From Candidatus Krumholzibacteriia bacterium (GTDB taxonomy: Bacteria > Krumholzibacteriota > Krumholzibacteriia > LZORAL124-64-63): a stretch of DNA of 46,952 nucleotides. Position 1 is the first letter of the stretch; every line of letters starts with the position of its first letter. The stretch spans positions 1-46,952 of the forward strand of contig JAWOID010000086.1 in the NCBI GenBank assembly GCA_046484865.1, given 5' to 3'. The position numbers were made by a program, and so were the translations under genes. Shown here one piece after another: positions 19,067 through 30,256 of the stretch. The notes beneath the pieces were generated by a model. That model was not told where the DNA came from. It searched no databases and was given only the letters and a program-made list of their open reading frames with translations.

Positions 19067-20391
19067 TGGGCGAGGACATCGGGGGCCAACCCGGCACGAG
19101 CCTGCTGCTGCTGGCGGCGGGCGCGTTCCTGGGCGCGGTGCTCCTGGCGGGAATGCTGACGGCGTTCTTCCGCGTGACGGGGCTGCACCGCAACGGCCTG
19201 CTCGACGAGGCGCGCCTGGGACCAGCCTTGCGGGGCTACCTGGCCGAGAGCCGGCGCTTCCTGGTGACCGTGAACACGCTCTACCTGGCGCTGACCCTGC
19301 TGGGCAGCTTCAGCTGGGGGCTGTTCCTGGCCCAGGTCTGGACGACGGCGGCGCCGTTGCGGTTCTTCGCCGTGTTCCTGGCCACCGGCGTGCTCGGCTG
19401 GTCGCTGGGCGGGCTGCTGGTGAAGATGATCGCGGCGAGCACGGCGCTGACCTACGCCCGCACGGTGGGGCTGCTGATCTGGCCGCTGCACTGGCTGCTG
19501 CGGCCCTGGTCGGCGGTGATGCTGGCCGTCATGGATCGGCTGGACGACACCCTCTGGACCGGCGAGGCGCAGCCGCACCTCTCGGCCGGGGAGATCCGCA
19601 GCCTGATGAACGGGGACGACCCGGACGTGAATCTGGACGAGGACGAGCGGGAGATGATCCACAGCATCTTCTCCTTCCAGGACACCGTGGTTCGCGAGAT
19701 CATGGTGCCGCGCATCGACATGGCGGCGCTCGAGGTGAACGACTCGTTCGCGAAGGCGGTGGAGACGGTCAACGAGACCCTGCACTCGCGCATACCGGTC
19801 TACGAGGGCAGCCCCGATCGGGTGGTGGGCATCCTCTACGCCAAGGACCTCCTGGCGCTGGTGCAGGGAGACCGGGTGGTCACCGGGGACAAGACGCTGG
19901 CCGACCTGTTGCGGCCGGCCTACTTCATCCCGGAGAGCAAGAAGATCGACGAGGTGCTGGACGAGTTCCGCACCAAGCGGATCCACGTGGCGGTGGTCAT
20001 CGACGAGTACGGCGGCACCGCCGGCCTGGTGACCCTCGAGGACGTGCTCGAGGAGATCGTGGGCGAGATCGAGGACGAGTTCGACGTCGAGGAGCCGCTC
20101 TTCGCATGGGTCGACGAGCGTACCCTGCGCGTGGATCCCAAGATCGACCTGGAAGACCTCGAGGAACTGCTGGGGATCGCCCTCGTCCCCGAGGGGCAGC
20201 AGGAGACCGCCGAGACGCTGGGCGGTCTGATCTACGAGGCGGCCGGGAACGTTCCCGACCAGGGCGACCGCCTGCAGGTGGGGCCTCTGGCGATCACCGT
20301 GGAAGAGGTGGCGGACCAGCGCATCCTGAAGGCGGTGCTGCACGCCGAGCAGCCGCTGCCCGGGTTCGTGCGGCAGAAGACCACTCCCTGA
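19066..20391 (+). CDS. HlyC/CorC (CNNM-CBS-CorC) Mg2+ transporter family protein, YbeX/TlyC-like
   Basis: N-terminal TM bundle; VREIMVPR, HSRIPVY, VIDEYGGTAGLVTLEDVLEEIVGEIEDE; TGATG overlap. Confidence 0.92.
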   Translation: MGEDIGGQPGTSLLLLAAGAFLGAVLLAGMLTAFFRVTGLHRNGLLDEARLGPALRGYLAESRRFLVTVNTLYLALTLLGSFSWGLFLAQVWTTAAPLRFFAVFLATGVLGWSLGGLLVKMIAASTALTYARTVGLLIWPLHWLLRPWSAVMLAVMDRLDDTLWTGEAQPHLSAGEIRSLMNGDDPDVNLDEDEREMIHSIFSFQDTVVREIMVPRIDMAALEVNDSFAKAVETVNETLHSRIPVYEGSPDRVVGILYAKDLLALVQGDRVVTGDKTLADLLRPAYFIPESKKIDEVLDEFRTKRIHVAVVIDEYGGTAGLVTLEDVLEEIVGEIEDEFDVEEPLFAWVDERTLRVDPKIDLEDLEELLGIALVPEGQQETAETLGGLIYEAAGNVPDQGDRLQVGPLAITVEEVADQRILKAVLHAEQPLPGFVRQKTTP

Positions 20392-20446
20392 GCTTGCGGC
20401 GCCGCGGGCCGCCAGGCGGAGCCCCCGGTCCGACGGAGATGAGAGC

Positions 20447-21112
20447 GTGCTGAACGTACTGCGGCGCTACTTCCTCACCGGCCTGCTGGCCGTCGCTCCC
20501 CTCGCCATCACGGTCCTGGTGGTGTGGCGCCTGTTCGACTTCATCGATGCGGCCATGCGCCCGTGGGCCCAGCGCGTGCTGCCCTGGCTGGCGACCTTCT
20601 CCGAGTTCCTGCTCACCGTGGTCGCCTTGGCCGCCCTGGTGCTGCTGATCACGCTCGTGGGCGTGTTCACCCGCAACCTGATCGGCATCGCCTTCTTCGG
20701 GCTGGTGGAGCGGGTGATGCAGAAGATTCCCGGCGTTCGCAGCCTGTTCGGCGTCACCAAGCAGATCGCCGAGGTCCTGCTGGCCGATCAGCGCGCCGCT
20801 TTCCAGAAGGTGGTCCTGATCGAGTATCCGAGGCGGGGGATGTACTCCCTCGGCTTCCTCACCTCGGACCATCCCGCCAACGACCTCCTGAACGTCTTCC
20901 TGCCCACGACGCCGAACCCCACCTCGGGATACCTGCTGGTGATGCCTCGCGAAGCCGCGGCGATCCTGCCGCTGACCATCGAGGAGGGCGTGCGCCTGAT
21001 CATCTCCGGCGGTTCGGTCATCAACGACCGGCAGGCCGCTGCGCTGCAGGTGTCGGCCGATCGACTGGCGCTGCGTCCTGCGGGTGCGCCCGGTCCGGAG
21101 GAGGCGTCGTGA
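20447..21112 (+). CDS. DUF502 family membrane protein
   Basis: RRYFLTGLL, KIPGVRS, VLIEYPR, VFLPTTPNPTSG, IISGG. Confidence 0.9.
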   Translation: MLNVLRRYFLTGLLAVAPLAITVLVVWRLFDFIDAAMRPWAQRVLPWLATFSEFLLTVVALAALVLLITLVGVFTRNLIGIAFFGLVERVMQKIPGVRSLFGVTKQIAEVLLADQRAAFQKVVLIEYPRRGMYSLGFLTSDHPANDLLNVFLPTTPNPTSGYLLVMPREAAAILPLTIEEGVRLIISGGSVINDRQAAALQVSADRLALRPAGAPGPEEAS

Positions 21113-22542
21113 GCATGGATGATCGCGGCGACGTGGGCCTGCCGCGCCCCGAGGAGCGGGTCCTCGATCCCAGCAACCTGGGTGCGGAACGACACCGCTA
21201 CTACAAGCTCTTCTGCGAGTACCTGGAACGGGAAGACGACGAGGCGGTCCGGCGGCTGGCGCTGGAGCTTTCGCCGGGCGACCTGTCGGAGATCATCCGC
21301 CCCCTGGGCGTGACGGAGACCGCCCGCATCCTGCGTCTGCTGCCGCCGGACCCGCTCGCCGAGGTGCTCAGCGAGATCGACAACCGCAGCCTGAGCGCCC
21401 TGTTCGCGCTGCTGGACGTGGACGAGATCGCCGATGTCATCGAGGAGATGCCGTCGGACGAGGCCACCGACCTGCTGGGCGAGCTGGACGAGCGGGAGGC
21501 GCAGCGCATCCTGGCGGCGATGGAGGAGGAGGAGCGAGACGACGTCGCCGAGCTGCTCCAGTACGAGCCCGAGACGGCCGGCGGGCTCATGGGCAAGGAG
21601 TTCGGCACGGTCAACGAGATGGCGACCGTGGGCGAGGCGGTGGACGCGCTGCGCCGCTTCGAGGAGGACGACCTCGACGACATGCACTTCGTCTGGGTGG
21701 TGGACGACCGCGACCACCTGGTGGGCCGGGTCCCCTTCACCCGGCTGCTGCTGTCAGACCGCTCCGAGCAGGTGCGCCACGTCATGGAGCGCGATCCGCT
21801 CTACGTGGACGTGGATCTGGACCAGGAGGACGTGGCCCAGTTCTTCATGACGCACGACCTGATCAGCCTGCCGGTGGTGGACCGGCGCGGTCGCATGGTC
21901 GGGCGGATCACGGTAGACGACGTCCTGGACGTGCTCGAGGAGGAGGCGACCGAGGACATCTCCCATCTCGCCGGCGTGAGCGTGCAGGAGTTCGGGGAGG
22001 ATTCGTCGTACCGGGTGGCACGGTCGCGCCTGCCCTGGCTGGTGGGCGGTCTGCTGGGGCAGATGGGGGCCGTGCTGGTGCTGCAGCACTTCGAGGAGAG
22101 CATCGCGAGACTGGTGGCTCTCTCGTTCTTCTTCCCCGTGATCATGGCCACCGCGGGCAACGTGGGGATCCAGAGCAGTTCCGTGGTGGTGCGCGGCCTC
22201 GCCACCGGCGAGGTGGGGGGGCACCACTTCGGCCGCCACATCCTGCGGGAACTGGGTACGGCCGTCTTGATGGGGCTGGTCGTGGCCGGGCTGCTGGTCC
22301 TCGGCGCATGGTTCATCACCGACAGCTGGGGGCTGGCGCTGGTGCTGGGGCTCACCGTGCTGCTGGTGATCCTGTTCGCCGCCACCGTGGGCACCGGCAT
22401 CCCGATGATCCTGCACCGGCTGCGCCAGGATCCGGCGGCGGCCACGGGGCCGTTCATCACCACGGCGAACGACATCGTGGCGCTGCTCATCTATCTGGGT
22501 CTGGCCACGGCGCTGCTCGGCCTGGGTTCCCTGCAGCCGTGA
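21109..22542 (+). CDS. mgtE: magnesium transporter MgtE
   Basis: Acidic N-domain, TAGGLM, CBS pair, GRITVDD, RLPWL, AGNVGIQS, DPAAATGPFITTANDI. Start at GTG 21109 or ATG 21115. Confidence 0.95.
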   Translation: MSMDDRGDVGLPRPEERVLDPSNLGAERHRYYKLFCEYLEREDDEAVRRLALELSPGDLSEIIRPLGVTETARILRLLPPDPLAEVLSEIDNRSLSALFALLDVDEIADVIEEMPSDEATDLLGELDEREAQRILAAMEEEERDDVAELLQYEPETAGGLMGKEFGTVNEMATVGEAVDALRRFEEDDLDDMHFVWVVDDRDHLVGRVPFTRLLLSDRSEQVRHVMERDPLYVDVDLDQEDVAQFFMTHDLISLPVVDRRGRMVGRITVDDVLDVLEEEATEDISHLAGVSVQEFGEDSSYRVARSRLPWLVGGLLGQMGAVLVLQHFEESIARLVALSFFFPVIMATAGNVGIQSSSVVVRGLATGEVGGHHFGRHILRELGTAVLMGLVVAGLLVLGAWFITDSWGLALVLGLTVLLVILFAATVGTGIPMILHRLRQDPAAATGPFITTANDIVALLIYLGLATALLGLGSLQP

Positions 22543-23372
22543 GCGTCCTGCCCGGCCCGGCTGCCGCCAGCGAGGCCGTGGTGCTGCGGACGTGGCCGAC
22601 GGGAGAGACCAGCCTGGTGGCGTCCCTGCTGACCGCCGATCACGGTTTCGTGAAGGTGATCGCCAAGGGGGCACGCAGGACACGCTCGGCGCTGAGGCCG
22701 CTGGTCCAGCCGGGTCGCCTCGTCCACGCGGAGTTCAGCCTGTCGCCGCGGCGCGACCTGCAGTATCTCCGCGGCGGGTCGCTGATCCGCGATCCCCTGG
22801 CGGCGGCCGACCTGGAGACGCACGCCTACCTGCTGTCCGCACTCGAGCTGGTGGACCGCTGTCGCGACACGGCTGCCGCATCAGACGACGGCCGCCGCTC
22901 GGGCGCCGAGCTCTTCGGGCTTTGCCAGAGTTTCCTGACGGTATTATCGTCTGCCCCCCGCGGCAGCGAGCCGGCCCGGTTCTACGCATTCGAGCTGAGG
23001 CTGCTGGATCGGCTGGGGCTGGCGCCGGAGACGGACTCGTGCACCTCCTGCGGCCGGACCGCGGCCGGACCGGCCGAGCCGCCCTGGTTCAGCCCGGCCC
23101 AGGGCGGCGTGATCTGCGCCCGTTGCGGTGGTGCTGCCGACGCCCGCGCGATGACGGACGGCGCGGCGATGCTCCTGCGCGCGCTGGGCGAGATGCCTCC
23201 CTCGGACTGGCCCGGCACGATCCTGTCCGCAGCCGAGCGGCGGGAGGTCGGTATCCTGCTGCACCGGTTCATGGGCTACCATCTGCCCGGCTACCGTCTG
23301 CCCGCGGCGCTGGAACTCCTGCGCCGGCCGGGCCGGACCGAGGACCACGACGGAGGGGACGGGGAACAGTGA
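22539..23372 (+). CDS. recO: DNA repair protein RecO
   Basis: [30 protein letters not shown], Zn finger CTSC...CARC; GTGA overlap. Confidence 0.9.
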   Translation: MSVLPGPAAASEAVVLRTWPTGETSLVASLLTADHGFVKVIAKGARRTRSALRPLVQPGRLVHAEFSLSPRRDLQYLRGGSLIRDPLAAADLETHAYLLSALELVDRCRDTAAASDDGRRSGAELFGLCQSFLTVLSSAPRGSEPARFYAFELRLLDRLGLAPETDSCTSCGRTAAGPAEPPWFSPAQGGVICARCGGAADARAMTDGAAMLLRALGEMPPSDWPGTILSAAERREVGILLHRFMGYHLPGYRLPAALELLRRPGRTEDHDGGDGEQ

Positions 23373-23373
23373 C

Positions 23374-24290
<917 letters not shown>

Positions 24291-24294
<4 letters not shown>

Positions 24295-26507
24295 CCACCG
24301 AGTCCGGCCGCCGTCCGAGCACCGCCGCCGGCGACCCCGTGAAGGCCGCCGAGCGGCTGCCTCTCCTGCTGGAGATCGGCAGCGAGGAGATTCCGGCCCG
24401 CTTCATTCCGGAATCCCGCCGCGAACTGGAGGCGCGCGCCGCCGCGCTGCTCGACGACTTGCATCTGGCCCACGGCGCGCTCCGCACGCTGGCGACGCCG
24501 CGGCGGCTGGCTCTGCTGGTGGACGCCGTGGCCCTGCGCCAGCCCGACCGGGAACTCGAGATCAAGGGTCCGCCGCTGTCCGTGGCCTACGACGGCGAGG
24601 GCCGGCCCACCCAGGCGGCCCTCGGCTTCGCCCGCAAGGCGGGGGTGGACCTCGACGCCTGCGAGCGCGGCGAAGATGCCCGCGGGCAGCACCTGCTGGC
24701 CCGCCGCGTGGAGTCCGGACAGCCGGCCGTTACGGTGCTGGCCGAGCGCCTGCCGGGGCTGATCCTGTCGATCCCCTTCCGCAAGGTCATGCGCTGGGGC
24801 GAACTCGAGATCGAGTACGCCCGCCCGTTGCAGTGGCTGGTCGCCCTGCTCGGCACCGAGGTGATCCCGTTCACCCTGGGCGCCACGTCGAGCGGCCGCG
24901 TCACGCGCGGCCACCGCACGCTCAGCGGGGATGCGCACGCGGAGGTGGCCGCACCCGACACCTACGAGGGCTTGCTGGCGGACCTGGGCGTGGTGGTCGA
25001 TCCGGCGCGGCGCGAGCTCGTCATCCGTGACGGGATGACGCGGACGGCCGCCGCCCTGGGTGGCGTCTGGCGCGAAGACGACGAGCTGCTGAGCGAGGTG
25101 GTCCACCTCTGCGAGCATCCGACCGTGTTCGCCGGGAGCTTCGAGGAGCACTTCTTCGAGGTGCCGCCGGAGGTGATCGTCACGGCCCTGAAGGCGCACC
25201 AGCGCTACTTCGCCGTGGACCGTGCCGACGGCGGCGGCCTCCTGCCGCGGTTCCTCTCCGTCCGCGACGGCGCCGCCGAGCACCTGGAGAACGTGGTCGC
25301 GGGCAACGAACGCGTGCTGCGCGCCCGGCTCTCGGATGCGCTCTTCTACTGGCGGTTCGATCAGCGACGCTCCCCCGAGCAGCACGCCGCCGCCCTCGAC
25401 AGCGTCACCTGGCTGGAGGGGTTCGGCAGCGTGGGGGACAAAGGTCGCCGGGTGGCCGCCCTGGTGCGCTCCGTCTGGGAGACGGGGCTGGGCACAGGAG
25501 AAGCTCCGCCCCCGCAACTCGATCGCGCCGCGCGGCTGGCGAAGTTCGACCTGGTCACGGAGATGATCAAGGACGGCAAGGAGTTCACCAGGCTCGAGGG
25601 GATCATCGGCGCGCGGTACGCTGAGGCCGCCGGGGAGGACCCGGTGGTCTGCCGGGCCATCGAGGACCACTACCGCCCGCGCGGCGCCGCGGATTCTCTC
25701 CCGCCCGATCCGGTGAGCGCCACGCTCTCGGTCGCCGACCGTCTGGACACGCTGGCGGGGTGCTGGCTCGCGGGATTCTGCCCCACCGGCGCCAAGGACC
25801 CGTATGCGCTGCGGCGACATGCCCTGGCGGTGGTGCGCATCCTCGTGGACCGGGGCGCTCGCCTGGACCTGGACTCCCTGCTGGAACGGGCGCTGGCGGC
25901 CCACGCCGAGCAGGTGGACGGCGATCCGCAGGCGGTGCGAGGCGATTTGCTGGAGTTCGTGCGCACGCGGCTCGAGGGGTACCTGGTGGACGCGCAGGGG
26001 ATGGACCCGGACGTCGTGCGCGCGGTGCTGCCCGCCCACGGGCAGGACCCGTACGACGCACTGGCCTGGGCGCGCGCCCTGTCAGGGTTCCGCGACCAGA
26101 AGGACTTCCAGCGGCTGGCCACCGGATTCAAGCGTTGCCGCAACATCCTCCAGGGCGACGTGCTGCCGGCAGGGGAACGGCCGGCGTCGCGCCAGCGCTG
26201 GGAAGAGGGAGGACGCGGGGCCGGCGGCGAGAGCTTCGGGGACCTGGTGGAACCGGCGGAGACGGCGCTGCGCGACCGCGTGGCCATGGATACTCCGGCA
26301 CTCCGCGTGGCCGCGGCGCAGCGCGACTACGAGGCGGTCTTTCGGCTCCTGGCCGGCTTCGGCCCCGCGATCGACGCCTTCTTCGACCAGGTTCGCGTCA
26401 ACGTCGAGGAGCCGCGACTGCGCCGCCTCCGCCATGCCTTCCTCCGCGAGATTCACGCCCTGTTCGCCTCCTTCGCCGATTTCGTGGCCGTCGCGCCCGC
26501 GGATTGA
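24291..26507 (+). CDS. glyS: glycine--tRNA ligase beta subunit
   Basis: [44 protein letters not shown]. Confidence 0.96.
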
Positions 26508-26592
26508 GCCGATCCGGCGGGCGAACGGCGGGGACCACGCGATATCGGGATCTGCAGGTGATATTTGGCCGCTATTTTTTTGAAACGGACTA

Positions 26593-26621
26593 TTGACGGA
26601 CCTCTCCACATCGGGTAAGGT
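26593..26621 (+). promoter_or_regulatory. sigma70 promoter for the large secreted protein, with upstream T-tract
   Basis: TTGACG-N17-TAAGGT; upstream TATTTTTTTGAAA resembles an UP element. Confidence 0.6.
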
Positions 26622-26626
26622 AATCC

Positions 26627-26916
26627 GTGCGACTCATGGGCAAGACCAACCAACCCAATGAGGTGCGCTGTCTTCCGCTTCCACTCACAGAGTTCGGTAA
26701 GTCACTTGACGCCTGGTTCCTTCGTCACCTGGGGCTCGCAACGAGGAAGGAGGTCGTCAACCGCGCGCAGAGACGATCTGCGTGAGAGGACAGCGGTTGA
26801 AGGTCTTGTCCGACTCGATGTCTAGTGTCTCAGTGCGGCTCGCGGGGACCCTGCCCCGCACCGCAGTGAACGTTCGCCTGACCATGTTGACTAGGGTCAA
26901 CGATGGGGGGAAAAGC
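26627..26916 (+). ncRNA. putative ~290-nt structured 5' leader / cis-regulatory RNA, family unrecognised
   Basis: At least five hairpins found by eye, overlapping alternative pairings, last hairpin overlaps the G-rich RBS. Confidence 0.45.
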
Positions 26917-29900
26917 ATGAAGCGAGTTTTCACTATTAGCGTCCTGATGCTGGCCTTGCTGGTCGCGACCAGCGCGATGGCTGCGGACGACGCCCGCCGG
27001 CACCTGAACCTCGGTGGTTACGGTGTGATCACGGGCGGCAGTTCGGAGTTCAGCAAGCAGGCTCCGGACACCGTGTACATGATGGGCCCGGGCAGCCAGC
27101 TGGGTCGGTTCGAGACCGGCTGGAACGGCTGGACCTCGCGCGACATCACGCAGATCACCGAATCCCACTGGCACGTCAGCGACTACAAGGGCGACGTGAC
27201 CGGTGCCAACCCCAGCGCCACCAACCTCGTGGCCTACGTCGGTGACGAGACCCTGCCGCCGTGCGGCGCGGGCGAGCCCGAGGGCGGCTACGGCAACAGC
27301 TGGCTCGACTGGATGGACTGGTACGGCACGGCTCCCACCGCCGGCGCGTCCACCACGGTCGGCGTGGAGTTCTACATCAACTACAACACCGAAGCGGGCT
27401 ACGACTTCCTGGAATTCCAGGTCGAGCGCTCGACGGGCATGGACGCCGTCATGATCTATGACGGCAACAACATCGCCACCCCGAACCTGTTCGAGAGCTT
27501 CACGTTCAGCGTCAGCCCGTCCGACTACGTCGGGCCGACCAACAATCAGATCCACCTGCGCTGGGCCTTCTCCTCGGACGGCGCCTGGTCGGATGAGGAC
27601 TGCCTGAACCCGACCGACGGTGCCGCTCAGATCGACGATCTGAGGATCACCTTCGACGGCGTGCAGGTAGCCTTCGACGACTTCCAGAGCAGCAAGGCCA
27701 CTCTGGGCAACTGGACGACGGTCCTGCCTCCGGGCGTGGGCAACTTCGCCCAGCTGTTCGTCGACCTCGAGGACAACGACCCCTGCAACTTCAACTACAG
27801 CCAGCAGGTGGCGTTCATCGACGACGGCATCGTCGTTCCCGGTACCGGCGGCACCCCGTGCATCAGCTGGTGCTACGGCCCCGACGGCTACATCGTGAAC
27901 AACACGGGTGGTCTGGCCGGACCCGACTACCACCTCCACAACTGGATCTACTCGCCCATCCTCACGTGGCCGACCGGCACGTACGACGGCGGCTTGATCC
28001 GCTACCTGGTGTATCGTCACGAGGAACTCGGCGCGGGCAGCGTGTGGCCGGGCATCTTCTACATCTGGGGCGTGCGCTCGGTGGCGACCGGCAACCCCGC
28101 GGACATCGAGGCTGCGGCCTTCCAGGACCGTAACTTCGTGTACTACGGCGGCCCGGACTACGCGTTCTTCGAGGACGTGGTCACCGATCTGCTCGAACCC
28201 GGCCGTACCCACGTCCAGATGATGCTGGGCGTGTACGAGCTCGGCTACGCCTGGGGCTGGTACGGTAACGACGGTACCCCGGCGCCTTACTTCGACAATG
28301 CCGTGTTCGCGGCCTTCCAGTTCCCCGGCCCCGGCATCTCGGCCCGTGAGATCGACCTCTTCCAGGACACGTTCCCGGAGCGCGGATCGATCGACTACGG
28401 GAACCTGGGCGTCAACCATGCCCGCATGGACATGGCTCGCGACATCAGTGGGGACTCCCTGACGTGGGATTATGGCGACTCGATCGTCATGACCATCGCC
28501 CCGGTCCGGACCGGCTCGCAGCTGACCGGCAACCCGCGTCTGTACTACGCCCTGAAGACCAACTCGCTGTACAACGGGGTGCGTGGCACGGATATGGGCA
28601 CGCCGGATGTCAACGGCGTCATCAGCGGCTATGTCCTGGCCGATACCATCCGGTCGAGCCTGGGCTTCCCGGTGCAGGACCGCTGGTTCTTCGACCTCCC
28701 GGACACCGGCCACTTCTTCCCGGGCGACGTGCTCCACTACTACATCTGGTCCGAGGATGTCGTCGGCGGCTCGGACTTCGGCCTGAGCACGCTTCCTGCC
28801 GACATCGACGGCTTCGGTGACTTCTCGCACCCGCTGGCGTACAACTCGAGCTTCGTGGTTCGGATCCTGCCGACCGTCACGGAGAATCCGAGCGTGCCCG
28901 GCACCTACGTGCAGCCGAAGATCCTGTTCTGGAACGACTTCGCGAACCGTGGCGGCGAGCAGGAGTGGCACAACGCTCTGCTCAACAACGGTTACGTCGA
29001 GGGCGTGCACTACGACACGTACTACACCAACGGCCCGTCCTCGGGCGTGGGCAACGGCCTCGGTGGCACGGCCACTCCGTCGCTGCTGAGCGGCTACACC
29101 ACGCTGCTCTACACCAGCGGCAACCTGAGCAGCTACACCATCACGCCGCACTACCACAACCCGAACGGCGACAAGCCGGACGACGCCGCTCTGCTGACGG
29201 CCTGGTTCGAGACCGGCAACAAGAACGCGTTCTACACCGGTGACGACCTGGCCTACGACCTCGATTACCGGGTTCCCAGCTTCCTGGCGAACTTCGTCGG
29301 GGTGGACTTCCAGGTGAAGAGCGTCCAGAGCGCGATCGGCAACCAGATCACTCCGCTCGTCCTGCCGGTTGCCGGCAGCCCGTTCTCCACTGATCTGGCC
29401 GGCGGCTGGATCGCCGACGGTGGCTGCCCGGGCATCAACTCCTTCGATGGTGTGGTTCCCATCGGCGCGACGCAGACCGGGGCCGTGTTCGCCAATGCTT
29501 CCGGTACCCCCGGCGGCTACGCGTACTCCGCGGCCACGTATCGTGCGGACGCCACCTACAACAACAAGTACGTCTACCTGCCGTACGACCTGCGGTACGT
29601 CATGACGCCGGACGGGACCCACCCGTACTCGCCGAGGGCGGCCCGCACGAAGCTGCTGGGCGACGTGCTCGTGTACTTCGGTGAACTCGGTGGCCCGGCC
29701 GTGGGCGTGCCCTCGGCTCAGGTGCTGACGACCCGGAACTACCCGAACCCCTTCAACCCGAACACGACGATCGAGTTCACGCTGCCGCGCGCGGGCGCCG
29801 TGAGCATGAAGATCTACAACGTGAAGGGTGAACTCGTTCGCACGCTGCTGAACGACGTTCAGATGGCCGCCGATGCCCACAAGATCGTGTGGGAAGGCGA

Positions 29901-29997
29901 CAACGATCAGGGCGGCAAGGTCGCGTCCGGTGTGTACTTCTACGAGGTGCGCTCCAACGGCCAGACCCGCATCAACAAGATGGCTCTCGTGAAGTAA
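26917..29997 (+). CDS. 1026-aa secreted multidomain protein with FlgD-Ig/T9SS type-A-like CTD
   Basis: Sec signal MKRVFTISVLMLALLVATSAMA; MAM/InhA-like beta-sandwich motifs (TEAGYDF, LRWAFSSD, IDDLRI); alpha/beta domain; CTD NYPNPFNPNTTIEF...WEGDNDQGGKVASGVYFYEV...KMALVK. Confidence 0.88.
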   Translation: MKRVFTISVLMLALLVATSAMAADDARRHLNLGGYGVITGGSSEFSKQAPDTVYMMGPGSQLGRFETGWNGWTSRDITQITESHWHVSDYKGDVTGANPSATNLVAYVGDETLPPCGAGEPEGGYGNSWLDWMDWYGTAPTAGASTTVGVEFYINYNTEAGYDFLEFQVERSTGMDAVMIYDGNNIATPNLFESFTFSVSPSDYVGPTNNQIHLRWAFSSDGAWSDEDCLNPTDGAAQIDDLRITFDGVQVAFDDFQSSKATLGNWTTVLPPGVGNFAQLFVDLEDNDPCNFNYSQQVAFIDDGIVVPGTGGTPCISWCYGPDGYIVNNTGGLAGPDYHLHNWIYSPILTWPTGTYDGGLIRYLVYRHEELGAGSVWPGIFYIWGVRSVATGNPADIEAAAFQDRNFVYYGGPDYAFFEDVVTDLLEPGRTHVQMMLGVYELGYAWGWYGNDGTPAPYFDNAVFAAFQFPGPGISAREIDLFQDTFPERGSIDYGNLGVNHARMDMARDISGDSLTWDYGDSIVMTIAPVRTGSQLTGNPRLYYALKTNSLYNGVRGTDMGTPDVNGVISGYVLADTIRSSLGFPVQDRWFFDLPDTGHFFPGDVLHYYIWSEDVVGGSDFGLSTLPADIDGFGDFSHPLAYNSSFVVRILPTVTENPSVPGTYVQPKILFWNDFANRGGEQEWHNALLNNGYVEGVHYDTYYTNGPSSGVGNGLGGTATPSLLSGYTTLLYTSGNLSSYTITPHYHNPNGDKPDDAALLTAWFETGNKNAFYTGDDLAYDLDYRVPSFLANFVGVDFQVKSVQSAIGNQITPLVLPVAGSPFSTDLAGGWIADGGCPGINSFDGVVPIGATQTGAVFANASGTPGGYAYSAATYRADATYNNKYVYLPYDLRYVMTPDGTHPYSPRAARTKLLGDVLVYFGELGGPAVGVPSAQVLTTRNYPNPFNPNTTIEFTLPRAGAVSMKIYNVKGELVRTLLNDVQMAADAHKIVWEGDNDQGGKVASGVYFYEVRSNGQTRINKMALVK

Positions 29998-30022
29998 CCA
30001 GCTTCCGGGATCAAGGCCATCA

Positions 30023-30050
30023 GGGGCGGCCTCCGCGAGGGGGCCGCCCC
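30023..30050 (+). terminator. 12-bp stem with GCGA tetraloop after the CTD gene (terminator or 3' stabiliser, no U-tract)
   Basis: GGGGCGGCCTCC-GCGA-GGGGGCCGCCCC. Confidence 0.65.
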
Positions 30051-30099
30051 GCCTATGTCGGGCCGCTTCCTTCGTGGAACCTGCAGGGGAATACGGCGG

Positions 30100-30128
30100 T
30101 TGACCCACTCCGGGCCGATCCCTATATT
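30100..30128 (+). promoter_or_regulatory. sigma70 promoter for the lipoprotein pair
   Basis: TTGACC-N17-TATATT. Confidence 0.6.
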
Positions 30129-30256
30129 TCACACGCGTCACAGAGGACGTCCGGGCTGGCGGAACCCCGATCAGCCCCTCTGGACGGCCGTTTTGCCCAC
30201 CGAGACGGCCGCGAATCCAGGGAGAATCGACCCGTTTGGTCAGGAGTTCAGGCCGC

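Noticed and set aside
26706..26740. Second TTGACG as another -35 element
   Set aside because: No -10 hexamer 16-18 nt downstream; better explained as a hairpin arm
26627..26916. tmRNA, RNase P, SRP, 6S or a known riboswitch
   Set aside because: No diagnostic motifs recognised (no tRNA-like ends, no GAGGAAAGUCC); kept only as an unclassified leader pending an Rfam scan
26782..26916. N-terminal extension of the large CTD protein given by the ORF track
   Set aside because: The signal peptide and RBS begin at ATG 26917; the extension lies in the structured leader
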